From: Thecamonas trahens ATCC 50062
Lineage: Eukaryota > Protista > Apusomonadida
Reading direction: 5' to 3'
NCBI RefSeq assembly: GCF_000142905.1
Contig: NW_013657648.1
Coordinates: forward strand, 202,922 to 266,921
DNA: 64,000 nucleotides
The position numbers were made by a program, and so were the translations under genes. Below are positions 54,828 through 64,000 of this stretch, in pieces. The first letter of the stretch is position 1, and every line of letters begins with the position of its first letter. The notes beneath the pieces are model-generated. The model saw nothing but the letters and a program-made list of their open reading frames with translations. It did no database searches and was not told the origin of the DNA.

Positions 54828-56042
54828 ATGTCTCCTCTCGCCCACCGCCACCACTGCTCTACTCTGGTCTGCCCACTCACCCACGCCATGAACGACGCGT
54901 ACCACCTCCCACACTGGCACAGCGTGCTGTGGGCGGCCGGAAAGACGCCTGCGGCGGTGACCATTCCGCTGTCGGTGCCCGAGGGTCGTGCCCTTGTGGC
55001 TGCGTACCGTGCGCGGGCGCTGTACGCGCGGGGCGCCGAGCCTCATCTTGACGGCCTTGCCGACCGCATCGATGCTGCCCTGGCGTCGATGGCATCAGAG
55101 CTTGGCTCTTCGCCCGCAGCCTTTGTCCGCCTCACAACTCGCTCGCCAAAGGACGCTGTCCTGCGCTCGCCCGCCCTGCAGGCCTGGCTCAACGAGGCCT
55201 TTCGCGAGGCTGCTGTTGTCTGCACCGATGCCGATGCCGACGCCGACGCCCGGCAGATCAATGCCGACACCATCGGATGGTACGCGGCCATGGTTGATGC
55301 CATGCGAATCGAGTCGGCGGCAACAGCGCTTGATCTACTTGTCGACTCGCATAGAGTGTTCACCGATGTGTCGCGGTGGCTGGCGGCCCGCGATGCCGGT
55401 CAGACGGATGGCGCCGGCGCTGGCATGGGTGTGGTAGTCCGAAACTGGCTTCCTATTGCGCCGGTCACCGAGTTTCGCGCTTTTGTCCGCCGCAACGTCC
55501 TTGTTGCTGTCTCGCAGTACATCGACGTGGTGTGCTTTCCAGAGTTGGCCGTGCCCGGCGCTGCCGATCTTGTCGGTCGGCGCGCCACGGCCGCAGTCAA
55601 CGACCTGCTGCCTCTGCTCGAGACTCTGTCCTTCCCGGACGACTCGGTCGTCCTCGATCTGGTCCTCCCTCTCGACGACGACGCTCAGGCCTTTGTCATC
55701 GAGTGCAATCCCTACACCGTCAAGACTGGGCCTGCACTCTTTGACTGGAAGCAAGACGCGCCGCTCCTCCTCGCCGACGATCCTGCTGCTGTTGTAGCAG
55801 CCGCTGGCGGGCCCGAGGTCCGGCTCATCACCTCACTTGCTCAGCGGCGGATGAAGGGCTTTATCAACCCGCGTGCGGACCATCTCGCCGTCCAGGTGGC
55901 CGCATCGCCGCCCTCGCCCTCGCCCCCACCTCAGCTTGCCATTCTCGCCATTGCAGGCCTCATCTCGCTTGCCTGTCTCGCCCTCGTCGCCTGGACCTTG
56001 CACTCGATGACCACTGATGCCCGATACTGGGTAGGCGTGTAG
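54828..56042 (+). CDS. CDC123/R2K-like ATP-grasp protein with C-terminal TM segment
   Basis: AFVRLTTRSPKDA, VVRNW, EFRAFV...VAVSQY, VVLD, IECNPY..TGPALFDW; hydrophobic tail LAILAIAGLISLACLALVAWTL. Confidence 0.82.
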   Translation: MSPLAHRHHCSTLVCPLTHAMNDAYHLPHWHSVLWAAGKTPAAVTIPLSVPEGRALVAAYRARALYARGAEPHLDGLADRIDAALASMASELGSSPAAFVRLTTRSPKDAVLRSPALQAWLNEAFREAAVVCTDADADADARQINADTIGWYAAMVDAMRIESAATALDLLVDSHRVFTDVSRWLAARDAGQTDGAGAGMGVVVRNWLPIAPVTEFRAFVRRNVLVAVSQYIDVVCFPELAVPGAADLVGRRATAAVNDLLPLLETLSFPDDSVVLDLVLPLDDDAQAFVIECNPYTVKTGPALFDWKQDAPLLLADDPAAVVAAAGGPEVRLITSLAQRRMKGFINPRADHLAVQVAASPPSPSPPPQLAILAIAGLISLACLALVAWTLHSMTTDARYWVGV

Positions 56043-56262
56043 CCTTTGCCATCGACCGCCCGCCATCCGCCGCGCCTTTGCCATGTCGAAGAGTTCTGCT
56101 ATCGCCCGCTGCTTCGATAAACAACTACGCCATCAACACGGTTGACGGTCACCCCTCTCTCCCACTTGGCCTCCGCCTCCCACGCCGTCAGCCTCCCACC
56201 GCCCCACCGCTGCCACTCCCCTCCCCCCTCCCCCCCCCCCTCCCCCCTCCACATACACGCAT

Positions 56263-57582
56263 ATGTCCCTCGCCACACAACGCCTGGCTGCGGCAAGCGC
56301 AACCCTCGACGCAGTGGTCCGTCATGTCGACGGAGCACTGGCCGAGGCCGACGCAGCCTTGCTGGCCTCGACCGCGAGCGAGAACGTTGCTCACTTTGGC
56401 CAGGCGGAAGCGGAAGCATCATCGACTGCACGGCCGTGGTTGTCGTCAGCACGAGCATCAGAATCATCCAGATCATCACCAGTCACGTACATCTCTTCGG
56501 CCACCCGTCATTTTGAAGCCGAAGATGCAGAGGCCGAACTGGCATCGGTACTGTCTCCGGACGCGCCCTCGGCTTCCTCGCCGCCACCATCCTCGCTCCC
56601 GGCAGCCTCGCCGCCCCCGCCTCGAGCGCCACATGACTCGCCAGGCGCACCGTCTCTGTCGCGCTCGCTCCCGCAGGCCGGAGATGTTTTCGATGTGGAC
56701 ATGCCGTCGTCGATGCGCCTGCTGCGCGAGTTTCACGCCGACCGCCTCCCACGCTCACCGTCGTCGCTCGCCGCTGCCTACCGTTCCTCCCACCCGCCAC
56801 TGCCCTCCAGTCCAGCGCACCTGGCCACAAGTCCGACTGCTAGCCGCCCGGGCCCGACGCCACCGGTTGCTGCGTCCGAGGCCCGTGTGAGTGTGCGCGA
56901 TGCGCTGGCTTCGGCTCGGTCGCGTCTCAATACTCTGGAGCTGCTCGCCAAGACTGCCGCGAGCCAAGCGCTTGCCGCACCGGCTCCGCCAGTCCCGCAC
57001 CGCCCGCCTGTCGAAGACTATGCTCCGCGGCGCGACGTCATGCCGCACATCGTCCCGGAGCCGCTGCCGCACTATCGGCTCGGTGGCACCTGCAGGATCA
57101 ACGTCGCACGGGCGCTCGATGCCGCCACCCGTCCGCTTCCAAGCTCGCGCTATGTAGCCACTCGTCCGTGGCGGCCGCAGTACTCGAGCTCCTTCCGACA
57201 TCCGGACGATCCGGTGCCGTCGTGGCGGCGCGAGGCGCAGACCATGGTCACCTCACGGCGGCTGCTCTCGTCTTCGATCCCGCTTGCCAGCCGGCCTCTC
57301 GGCGTGCCTTCAGACCCGCACCTCGGGTCAGACTCGTACCTCGGTCCGCGTCCGTCCGAGTACCTCTTCCGCCGCACCTTCCGCCGCTCGCCCTCGCCGA
57401 CCTCGCCCGAGTCGAACAAGGCTGTGCTAGCCCAGGTCGCCGACCTCGCCTCGAGGGTTGAGGCGCTTCACGCCTCGCTCAAACCGCCGCCATCGCCGCC
57501 ATCACCTGTCTCGTCCCGCCGTGATGGTAGTGCTACCCTTGCGTCGTCGCTGCTCTCTGTATCGCAGCTTCCGTCTTCGTAG
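56263..57582 (+). CDS. Hypothetical Pro/Ser/Ala-rich protein with short coiled segments
   Basis: 439-aa ATG-initiated ORF filling the intergenic space; no recognisable domain. Confidence 0.5.
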   Translation: MSLATQRLAAASATLDAVVRHVDGALAEADAALLASTASENVAHFGQAEAEASSTARPWLSSARASESSRSSPVTYISSATRHFEAEDAEAELASVLSPDAPSASSPPPSSLPAASPPPPRAPHDSPGAPSLSRSLPQAGDVFDVDMPSSMRLLREFHADRLPRSPSSLAAAYRSSHPPLPSSPAHLATSPTASRPGPTPPVAASEARVSVRDALASARSRLNTLELLAKTAASQALAAPAPPVPHRPPVEDYAPRRDVMPHIVPEPLPHYRLGGTCRINVARALDAATRPLPSSRYVATRPWRPQYSSSFRHPDDPVPSWRREAQTMVTSRRLLSSSIPLASRPLGVPSDPHLGSDSYLGPRPSEYLFRRTFRRSPSPTSPESNKAVLAQVADLASRVEALHASLKPPPSPPSPVSSRRDGSATLASSLLSVSQLPSS

Positions 57583-58169
57583 CTCTGCAGCGAGCGGCTT
57601 AGCTCGCTGCTGCCACGTGCCGTGACACGTGGCAACAATTTTAACATGCCCGACCTCACTGCCCACTCCGCAACTCCGCCTTCCCCGCCTCCCCTCCCTC
57701 TGCTCCCTCCTCCCTCATACCGGCATCTCCACCAACTGCTATCCTTGCCACATATCCCCAAGCTGATATCTTTCGTCCGGCGTTGCAGGAACTGAAAGGT
57801 GAGAGTTTGCCACACGCCGTTACAAGGTTGTCAAGATTACAAATTTGCTCACCTGCGGCTCACAGAACAACGTTTGCCGCTGACCCGGCACGGAAACACC
57901 CACCTGTCCAACCGAGTCACCCATACGCCACCCGCATCGCCCTCGTCTCCACGGAGCACCTCCCTTCCGACGTGTTGCGGTAGACGGGTAGACGTGCGGG
58001 TATCTACGTCCCTCACCCTACACAAAAACCACTCCGCACACACACACACACGCGCGCGCATACACAAAGTCTCTTTCTCCTCTCTCTCCCCACACACACC
58101 TATCCCGTCAGCTCTGGTCACGTATCGCCACCTCCTCTCGACTCGCCCTCAGCTGGCGCGACAATCGAT

Positions 58170-61100
58170 ATGGGACGACGGAGAAAGCGCTCGTCCAACA
58201 CAGTGGTACCATCTGGTGGGCTACTCACACATGCTGGCAAGAATGGCGAGCGGGCGGCGGGCATGCCTTTAAGGCCAGGGAATGGGCTGAATGGTAATCA
58301 AGGCTCGCTTGGCCATGGCCTGTCAGCCGCTGGCTATGCTGCCGCGGCCACGCGCGACCGCTCGAGCTCGGCTGCAAGCTCAAACCACTCAAAGTCATCG
58401 ACTGGCTCACACGTCATGTCATCTCTCCCAGGCTTTTCCACCGGCTCGGCCTTTGGCCATAGCCGTGGTGGTCCTGGTGGTCTTGGTGGCCCAGGTAGTC
58501 CTGGTGGTAGTCCTGCCGCAGGCCGCTACGGGCATGCTCGGGCGTACACCCAGGGCACCACGCCGGTGCCACGGATCCAGATCTGCGACTCGCTGTCGTC
58601 GAATCCGTCGAGACTTGCCGAACTAGTATCGGCTGGAGAGCTGGAGGTGGCCAACGGCAACTTGGCCTCGCTCGGCTCGACCGACCTCGGCTCGACCGAC
58701 CTCGCCCAAGCTTCGAACAGCCCACCAAGCGATTTGCGCGCTGGCGGTGGGTGGGATACCGGCGAGGTCAAGGAGGCGCGCCAGGCACTAGATTGGTTTG
58801 AGGCGGCCGAAAAGAGCGTGCCTGTCAAGATCGACACTGCATTTGGGCGGCCAATCCGTGAGTGGCTTCAGTCTCCGTGGACTCGCGCTATGCTCATCGG
58901 CCTCACTACGCTCATGATAATCCTTATCGGCCTCTTTGTTGTCCTTCTCATCTCATCGCACACCACCGACGCGTTCTTTCCCGCACTCGGCGCGCTCGCC
59001 ACACTCGCTCTAGGCGCGTACCTCATTGTTGCGCGACGAGCGTGGTCGCTCGCCATTGTCGTTCTCCTCTGCACCATCGGCGGCCTTGTCACCGTCTACC
59101 TCTACGTGCAAACGACTGGCTTCTCTCACAGCCACTTTCTCGCCGCTGCCGTCCTCATTTTCAGCGTTGTCCTTCATCTCGTCTCGCTTTGGGCTGCCAC
59201 AGCAATTGGCTCGTGTGGTGTAGTCGTGGCGATGGCCGCCACCGCATGGACGCCAACTCAGGGCACCGGCTCGGTGGCTTCCGCCTCACAGCTCACTCTC
59301 GCCGTTGTGCTCTGCGCCATCCAGCTCGGCACCAAGGTGTACTACGAGCGCGTGCTGGGCTCGGTCATTGCCAAGGCCAAGACCGCAGCTACCTTTGCTG
59401 AGTCGACTGAGGAGGCCATCATTCTCGCCCTCAAGGGCCGGGTCATCGCATGGTCGCCGACCGCGGGCCGCGTGTTTGGACCCAAGATTCGTCTCCTCGC
59501 CACCGTCCTCGGCCTCTTTGACCAGGCCTCGCACAACGACATCGAACGACTCTACCACAACGCCAACGAATCGCGCGTGCCGCGCAACGTCAATCCGGCC
59601 TTTGCGCGGCCGGTAGGCTTCGGCTCCAACTCGTCGTACATGTTCAACGCCACGCTTGCCACCCCGCGTGCCGCGGCTGCCGCCTCGGGCGAGCAGTTCC
59701 TCAACACCACTGCGTCTGTCGAGTCCTTCCTCTACGATATGCTCCACCTCGCCCGCGGCTGCAAAGTCTACGCCCGCGTCGCTAACGGCATTACCCTCCC
59801 AGCCACGCTGATGTGTAAGCAGGTAGTCCACGAGGGTCGCAAGGCCTCGCTCTTCATCCTCCGCTTTCGGCCATCCCAGCTTGGCCTCTCCGATGTCGGG
59901 ATCCAGGCCGGACGAGCCCAGCCTGAGTCGGTGCAGGGCGGCGGCTCGTTCTACCTCGGCGGGCCGACCATGGAAGCGTCGGGCCTCACCGCACGCACCA
60001 TGTCCGAAGTCTCGGTCTCCAACTCAGGTATCGGCATCACTGGGCTGCCGGCATTGTCGCACGCCGGAAGCTCGGGCCCGATCGACTCGTCGAAGCTGCA
60101 GTTGACGCCGTCGCAGACGCCACAGCGGACCGCCGAGCAGGCCAAGTCGCTCTGGATTTCATCTATCTCGCACGAGTTCCGCACTCCCCTCAATGCCATC
60201 TTTGGTATGGTTCAGATCCTCCGCGAGTCGTCGTCGTTCACCGCCCAAGAGCTCGAGTACTTCAACATCATCACTCATGCCTCGCACACCCTCCTCGGCC
60301 TCGTTAACGATCTCCTCGACTTTTCCAAGATCGAGTCCGGCAAGCTCCAGATCGAGTCGGTAGAGTTTAATCTCCGCCAACTCGCCACAAAGTGCCTACA
60401 CTACGTCTCGGCCACCGCAGTCTCCAAGGGCGTCGAGCTCCTCACCAACATCTCCAACTATCTGCCCGAGACCGTCATCGGTGATCCCAAGCGCGTGCAC
60501 CAGGTCATGCTCAACTTCCTCTCCAACGCCATCAAGTTTACCGAAGACGGCCAGATCGTCATCGAAATTCAGGTCCTCGAGTCGTCGCCCGAGACCCTCT
60601 CAGTCTGCGTCTCGGTCAAGGACTCGGGCATCGGCATCCAGGCCTCCAAGATGACCCAGCTCTTCCAGGCCTTTTCCCAGCTCGACCGTTCAGTAGCTCG
60701 CAACTATGGTGGGACCGGTCTTGGCCTCGCCATCTGCAGGCAGCTCGTCAATCTCATGGGCGGCTCCATCGGCGCAGACTCGAAAGAGCGCAAGGGTTCC
60801 AACTTTTGGTTCACTCTTGCCCTCAAGCTTCCGCCGTCGACTCACTACCCGCTCCGCAAGGTATTCTCCGTTGCAAAGTCGGCAAACCAGCACGTCCTAC
60901 TCTGCTACGCCAACAAGGCAGTCACCACCTCGATCTCGGACGCGCTCCGCTCGTGGGGCTTTACCGTCACCTCGGTCACCACACTCCGCACCGCCATCTC
61001 GCTGGTCGCCTCGGAGCCGAAGCGCTTTTGCTTCTTCATTCTCGACGCAAACGCGCTCTCGCTCAAGCGCGTGGCGACAAAGTACAACAGCCTACCATCG

Positions 61101-63938
61101 CCGCCGCCGCTGCTGGTCATCACGGCCCAGGGCCAGTTCACCACGCACCAGATCAACGCTATCACCAAGGTCCCCGTCATGTACAAGCCGCTTGAAGAGG
61201 TCACCCTCTTCCGCACCCTTGTCAACCAGCTCCGTCTCCGCCCGACTGGAACCTTTACCGGCACCGCGTCGGATGCAAACGAGATGGCTATTGTTGGCGC
61301 CTCGCCGTCGATCGGTCTAGGCTCGCACCTTCACCAGGACGGCTCCGAGGCTTGGTACGAGTCAGTCCTCAACTCTTCTGGCACCTCGGGCAACGTCCGC
61401 GGCACTTCGTCGCGCCCGCCCCTTCCAAAGGCCACCAACTACTCGTCATCACAGCGGGGCGGCTCGAGTTCGGCTCTCTCGGTCGCAGGCAAGTCATCGT
61501 CCGCCGAAATGCGCCTTGCTCTCGCGCTCGTGGATGACAACGCCGTCAACAACATGATTATGGCACGGTTCCTCGTCTCAGTCGGCGTACCAAAGCCGTG
61601 CATCCAGTCGTTTACCTCGGGTGAGGCCTTCCTTGCTGCTGCCCGCGAGACCCTCTTCTCCATTGTCTTTTGCGACATGCAGATGCCCGACGGCCTGTCG
61701 GGCTTTGAGACCCTGACTCAGCTCCGCACTCTCGAGTGCGATCTGAGTCTGGAGCCGGCCGCCGTCGTCGCGCTCACCGGCATGGACCCTGACGAGATTC
61801 GGGACTCCCTCGAGCCGCTAGTCGTCCTTGACATCATTGTCAAGCCCATCAACATCGATCGCGTCCGCGACGTTTACCACCGCTGCGAGGCTGCGGTCTC
61901 GTTTCGCCCTACTCTCACCGCCTCGACATCGACCCTGCACTCGGACGCAAGGTCATCGCGCTACACCGACTCTCGCCAAGGCGTGAGCAATTCGCGCGGC
62001 CCGCGCGAGGCTGGCCTCTCCACCGCAACCTCCTCCCGCGCCATCGCTGCCCATGCCGCCACAGCTTCCAGCAGCGACAGCAGCGACAGCAGCGACAGCA
62101 GCGACGACTCGGGATCGACCCTTCATTCAGCCAGGACCGCGGTCAAGGCGGCAGCTCACCTCTCCGGAAGCTCGTCTTTGTCCAACGACTCTTTGTCGCC
62201 TTCATCATCGGTGTCACCTCCGCCGCCGTCGGCCAGCAACACCTCATCAAGTTTCGCAGTCAACAAGCGCTCGCCTAAGCGGCACGGCAGCGCTTCGACC
62301 GGGACCGGAACCAAGAGTGATGTTTCCGGCGCTGGCCTCTCGTCTGCCGAAGCCAGCCATGGCGACAATGGTGGCGACTCTGGCTCGCCAAAGACGGCCA
62401 ACAGCGCCGCGCGCGGCACGGCCAAGGGCAAGGCCAAGAGCAAGGCCAAGCGCAAGGTGAGAAAGGCGAAGGAAGTCAGGAAAGGCCAGAAGCGCCACAA
62501 GCGCCGCACAAGCAAGATGAAGCGTGTTCGGGTGCGGAAGCAAAGCGTCTGCTCCCGCTCTTCCCGCTCAGGCTCTGTATCGTGCTCCAAAGCTACTACC
62601 TCGGGTGTCAAGGCCGTAGCAAAGCGCAAGAGCCGGCTGGCCGGATGCCGCCACCATCGCACATCGTCAGCCTCGCCTCCGCGATCGACGTCGGACTCGT
62701 CAGTTACCGTCGAGTCGCCGCAGGTTATGTTTGCCACTGGCGCGCAACGCGCCTCTGCCAACAAGTCAGCAGAAGGCAAGCAGCAAGTTGCTCTCGACTC
62801 GTCACCTGCAACCTCGCTCGCAGGGTCGTCACAGGCATCGTCGTTGGCGTCGCCTTCTGGTGACTTTAAGAGGCGGTCCGGGCGGTCGTTCACCGTCTCG
62901 AACCCGAATGCCATCACGGCAGCGCTCAAGATCATGAGCTCAAACGGGAACTCGCTCGCCGAACTCTCCGAACCGGGCTCGTCCAACAGCTCGCAGCACA
63001 GGGAGCGGATCAAGTCCAAGTACGATCGGAAGCGCAAGGGCACGACGCCGTCCCTCTCGATCCTCCCGCGTGGGCAAGGCTCGTCCCAGCTCATCACGCC
63101 ACGCAACTCGCAACAGAGCAACACCATCCTGGTCGTTGACGACAACGGACTCAACAGACTTGTCCTCTCCAAGCTCGTCCGAATGGCCGGCTTTGAGGTT
63201 GAACTGGCCAAGGACGGTCAGGAGGCCGTCGACAAATGGCAGGCCCACGGCTACGTCGCCATTCTCATGGACTGTGTCATGCCAGTCCTGGATGGCTACG
63301 AGGCAACCCAGCAGATCCGGCAGCGCGAGGCTGTTCGGCCGTTCCAAACCCACGTGCCCATCATCGCTGTCACGGCCAACGCCCTCAAGGGTGATCGCGC
63401 CGTCTGCCTCGAGGCCGGCATGGACGAATATGTGACCAAGCCGGTCATCAAAGACGAGCTCATGTCCAAACTGGCCTCGTTCGGCGTTGTCCCTGCCAGT
63501 CGTGAGACTGCGCCAAAGGCGCCAGGCAGCTCTCCGCCCACGCTCCCCAACGCCTCGCCCTCGGATGACTCGGTTGACGCCGAAGGCTCGTCGTCCGGTC
63601 GCCCGGCGTGGCCACCCAAAAACGCGTACTGGCTCGTCCCGTCCAACCACGCCCGGCGCCAGTCGGTTTCGGTCGAGATCCTGCCACACTCGCTCTCAGG
63701 CTCGTCTGATGGCGACGAGCGCTCGGTTCAGACCCAGAAGCTTGCTGCCCAGCGCTCCGTCCTTGTCCGCGCCGTAGGCAACGATGCCGCAGCCGCCAGC
63801 AGCGGCCGGCGCTCCACCATTTCCGCCGCCACGGAAGAAGAGGTCTTCCTCCAACGCCACCACGACGCGTACGAAGAGGTCCAGGGCCGGTCGCGGCTCC
63901 AGCACCACACTCTCATGATGCTCCACGAAGGCAGCTAA
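58170..63938 (+). CDS. Membrane hybrid histidine kinase (TM region, PAS-like, HisKA, HATPase, receiver domains)
   Basis: H-box SHEFRTPLNAI, LVNDLLDFSKIESGK, N-box QVMLNFLSNAIKFT, DSGIG, GGTGLGLAI; receivers VDDN...FCDMQMP and VDDN...LMDCVMPVLDGYE; about six TM segments. Confidence 0.95.
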   Translation: MGRRRKRSSNTVVPSGGLLTHAGKNGERAAGMPLRPGNGLNGNQGSLGHGLSAAGYAAAATRDRSSSAASSNHSKSSTGSHVMSSLPGFSTGSAFGHSRGGPGGLGGPGSPGGSPAAGRYGHARAYTQGTTPVPRIQICDSLSSNPSRLAELVSAGELEVANGNLASLGSTDLGSTDLAQASNSPPSDLRAGGGWDTGEVKEARQALDWFEAAEKSVPVKIDTAFGRPIREWLQSPWTRAMLIGLTTLMIILIGLFVVLLISSHTTDAFFPALGALATLALGAYLIVARRAWSLAIVVLLCTIGGLVTVYLYVQTTGFSHSHFLAAAVLIFSVVLHLVSLWAATAIGSCGVVVAMAATAWTPTQGTGSVASASQLTLAVVLCAIQLGTKVYYERVLGSVIAKAKTAATFAESTEEAIILALKGRVIAWSPTAGRVFGPKIRLLATVLGLFDQASHNDIERLYHNANESRVPRNVNPAFARPVGFGSNSSYMFNATLATPRAAAAASGEQFLNTTASVESFLYDMLHLARGCKVYARVANGITLPATLMCKQVVHEGRKASLFILRFRPSQLGLSDVGIQAGRAQPESVQGGGSFYLGGPTMEASGLTARTMSEVSVSNSGIGITGLPALSHAGSSGPIDSSKLQLTPSQTPQRTAEQAKSLWISSISHEFRTPLNAIFGMVQILRESSSFTAQELEYFNIITHASHTLLGLVNDLLDFSKIESGKLQIESVEFNLRQLATKCLHYVSATAVSKGVELLTNISNYLPETVIGDPKRVHQVMLNFLSNAIKFTEDGQIVIEIQVLESSPETLSVCVSVKDSGIGIQASKMTQLFQAFSQLDRSVARNYGGTGLGLAICRQLVNLMGGSIGADSKERKGSNFWFTLALKLPPSTHYPLRKVFSVAKSANQHVLLCYANKAVTTSISDALRSWGFTVTSVTTLRTAISLVASEPKRFCFFILDANALSLKRVATKYNSLPSPPPLLVITAQGQFTTHQINAITKVPVMYKPLEEVTLFRTLVNQLRLRPTGTFTGTASDANEMAIVGASPSIGLGSHLHQDGSEAWYESVLNSSGTSGNVRGTSSRPPLPKATNYSSSQRGGSSSALSVAGKSSSAEMRLALALVDDNAVNNMIMARFLVSVGVPKPCIQSFTSGEAFLAAARETLFSIVFCDMQMPDGLSGFETLTQLRTLECDLSLEPAAVVALTGMDPDEIRDSLEPLVVLDIIVKPINIDRVRDVYHRCEAAVSFRPTLTASTSTLHSDARSSRYTDSRQGVSNSRGPREAGLSTATSSRAIAAHAATASSSDSSDSSDSSDDSGSTLHSARTAVKAAAHLSGSSSLSNDSLSPSSSVSPPPPSASNTSSSFAVNKRSPKRHGSASTGTGTKSDVSGAGLSSAEASHGDNGGDSGSPKTANSAARGTAKGKAKSKAKRKVRKAKEVRKGQKRHKRRTSKMKRVRVRKQSVCSRSSRSGSVSCSKATTSGVKAVAKRKSRLAGCRHHRTSSASPPRSTSDSSVTVESPQVMFATGAQRASANKSAEGKQQVALDSSPATSLAGSSQASSLASPSGDFKRRSGRSFTVSNPNAITAALKIMSSNGNSLAELSEPGSSNSSQHRERIKSKYDRKRKGTTPSLSILPRGQGSSQLITPRNSQQSNTILVVDDNGLNRLVLSKLVRMAGFEVELAKDGQEAVDKWQAHGYVAILMDCVMPVLDGYEATQQIRQREAVRPFQTHVPIIAVTANALKGDRAVCLEAGMDEYVTKPVIKDELMSKLASFGVVPASRETAPKAPGSSPPTLPNASPSDDSVDAEGSSSGRPAWPPKNAYWLVPSNHARRQSVSVEILPHSLSGSSDGDERSVQTQKLAAQRSVLVRAVGNDAAAASSGRRSTISAATEEEVFLQRHHDAYEEVQGRSRLQHHTLMMLHEGS

Positions 63939-64000
63939 CCGCAGTCCTCCCTGCCACTTGGCTCACTTTATTCCAGATGATCATAGTTGGCAAGCGCGGC

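Noticed and set aside
1-64000. tRNA, rRNA, snRNA genes and transposons
   Set aside because: No cloverleaf, rRNA-like, transposase/RT or terminal-repeat signatures recognised by eye; small ncRNAs could be missed without covariance searches.

Overview
Gene-dense, GC-rich, intron-poor eukaryotic nuclear DNA from a draft assembly with five N gaps. The gene set suggests a unicellular, probably flagellated relative of opisthokonts/amoebozoans; an apusomonad such as Thecamonas is my guess, not shown by the sequence. I can support about 30 protein-coding genes: fatty-acid elongase, NSE4, RPS11, HRD1, coronin-7, a mitochondrion-targeted dynamin, a MYND fusion protein, PLPBP/YggS, TRAPPC4, an FtsX-type permease, a CSPP1-like protein, an amino-acid transporter, SCYL1, UFM1, PSMC1, AIDA, WIP/verprolin-like, a giant USP9/24/34-type DUB, ALG11, an EF-hand protein, a PH protein, a divergent H2A/H2B pair, a CDC123-like ATP-grasp, a hybrid histidine kinase and several unknowns. 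Introns are GT-AG, often with a GTACG donor and G/C homopolymer tracts. Five apparent frameshifts are each fixable by adding one base to a homopolymer, most likely sequencing errors. The strongest non-coding signal is that the H2A and H2B 3' ends share a near-identical variant histone stem-loop plus a second conserved purine-rich block 15-17 nt downstream. This resembles the stem-loop + HDE (U7-dependent) architecture of animal histone genes. Other highlights are an AT-rich palindromic 30-bp tandem array in the UFM1/PSMC1 divergent promoter, a UFM1 start codon split by an intron, a duplicated unclassified Cys/His module, and a MYND finger fused to a bacterial-like domain. All family calls come from motif recognition; no searches were run.
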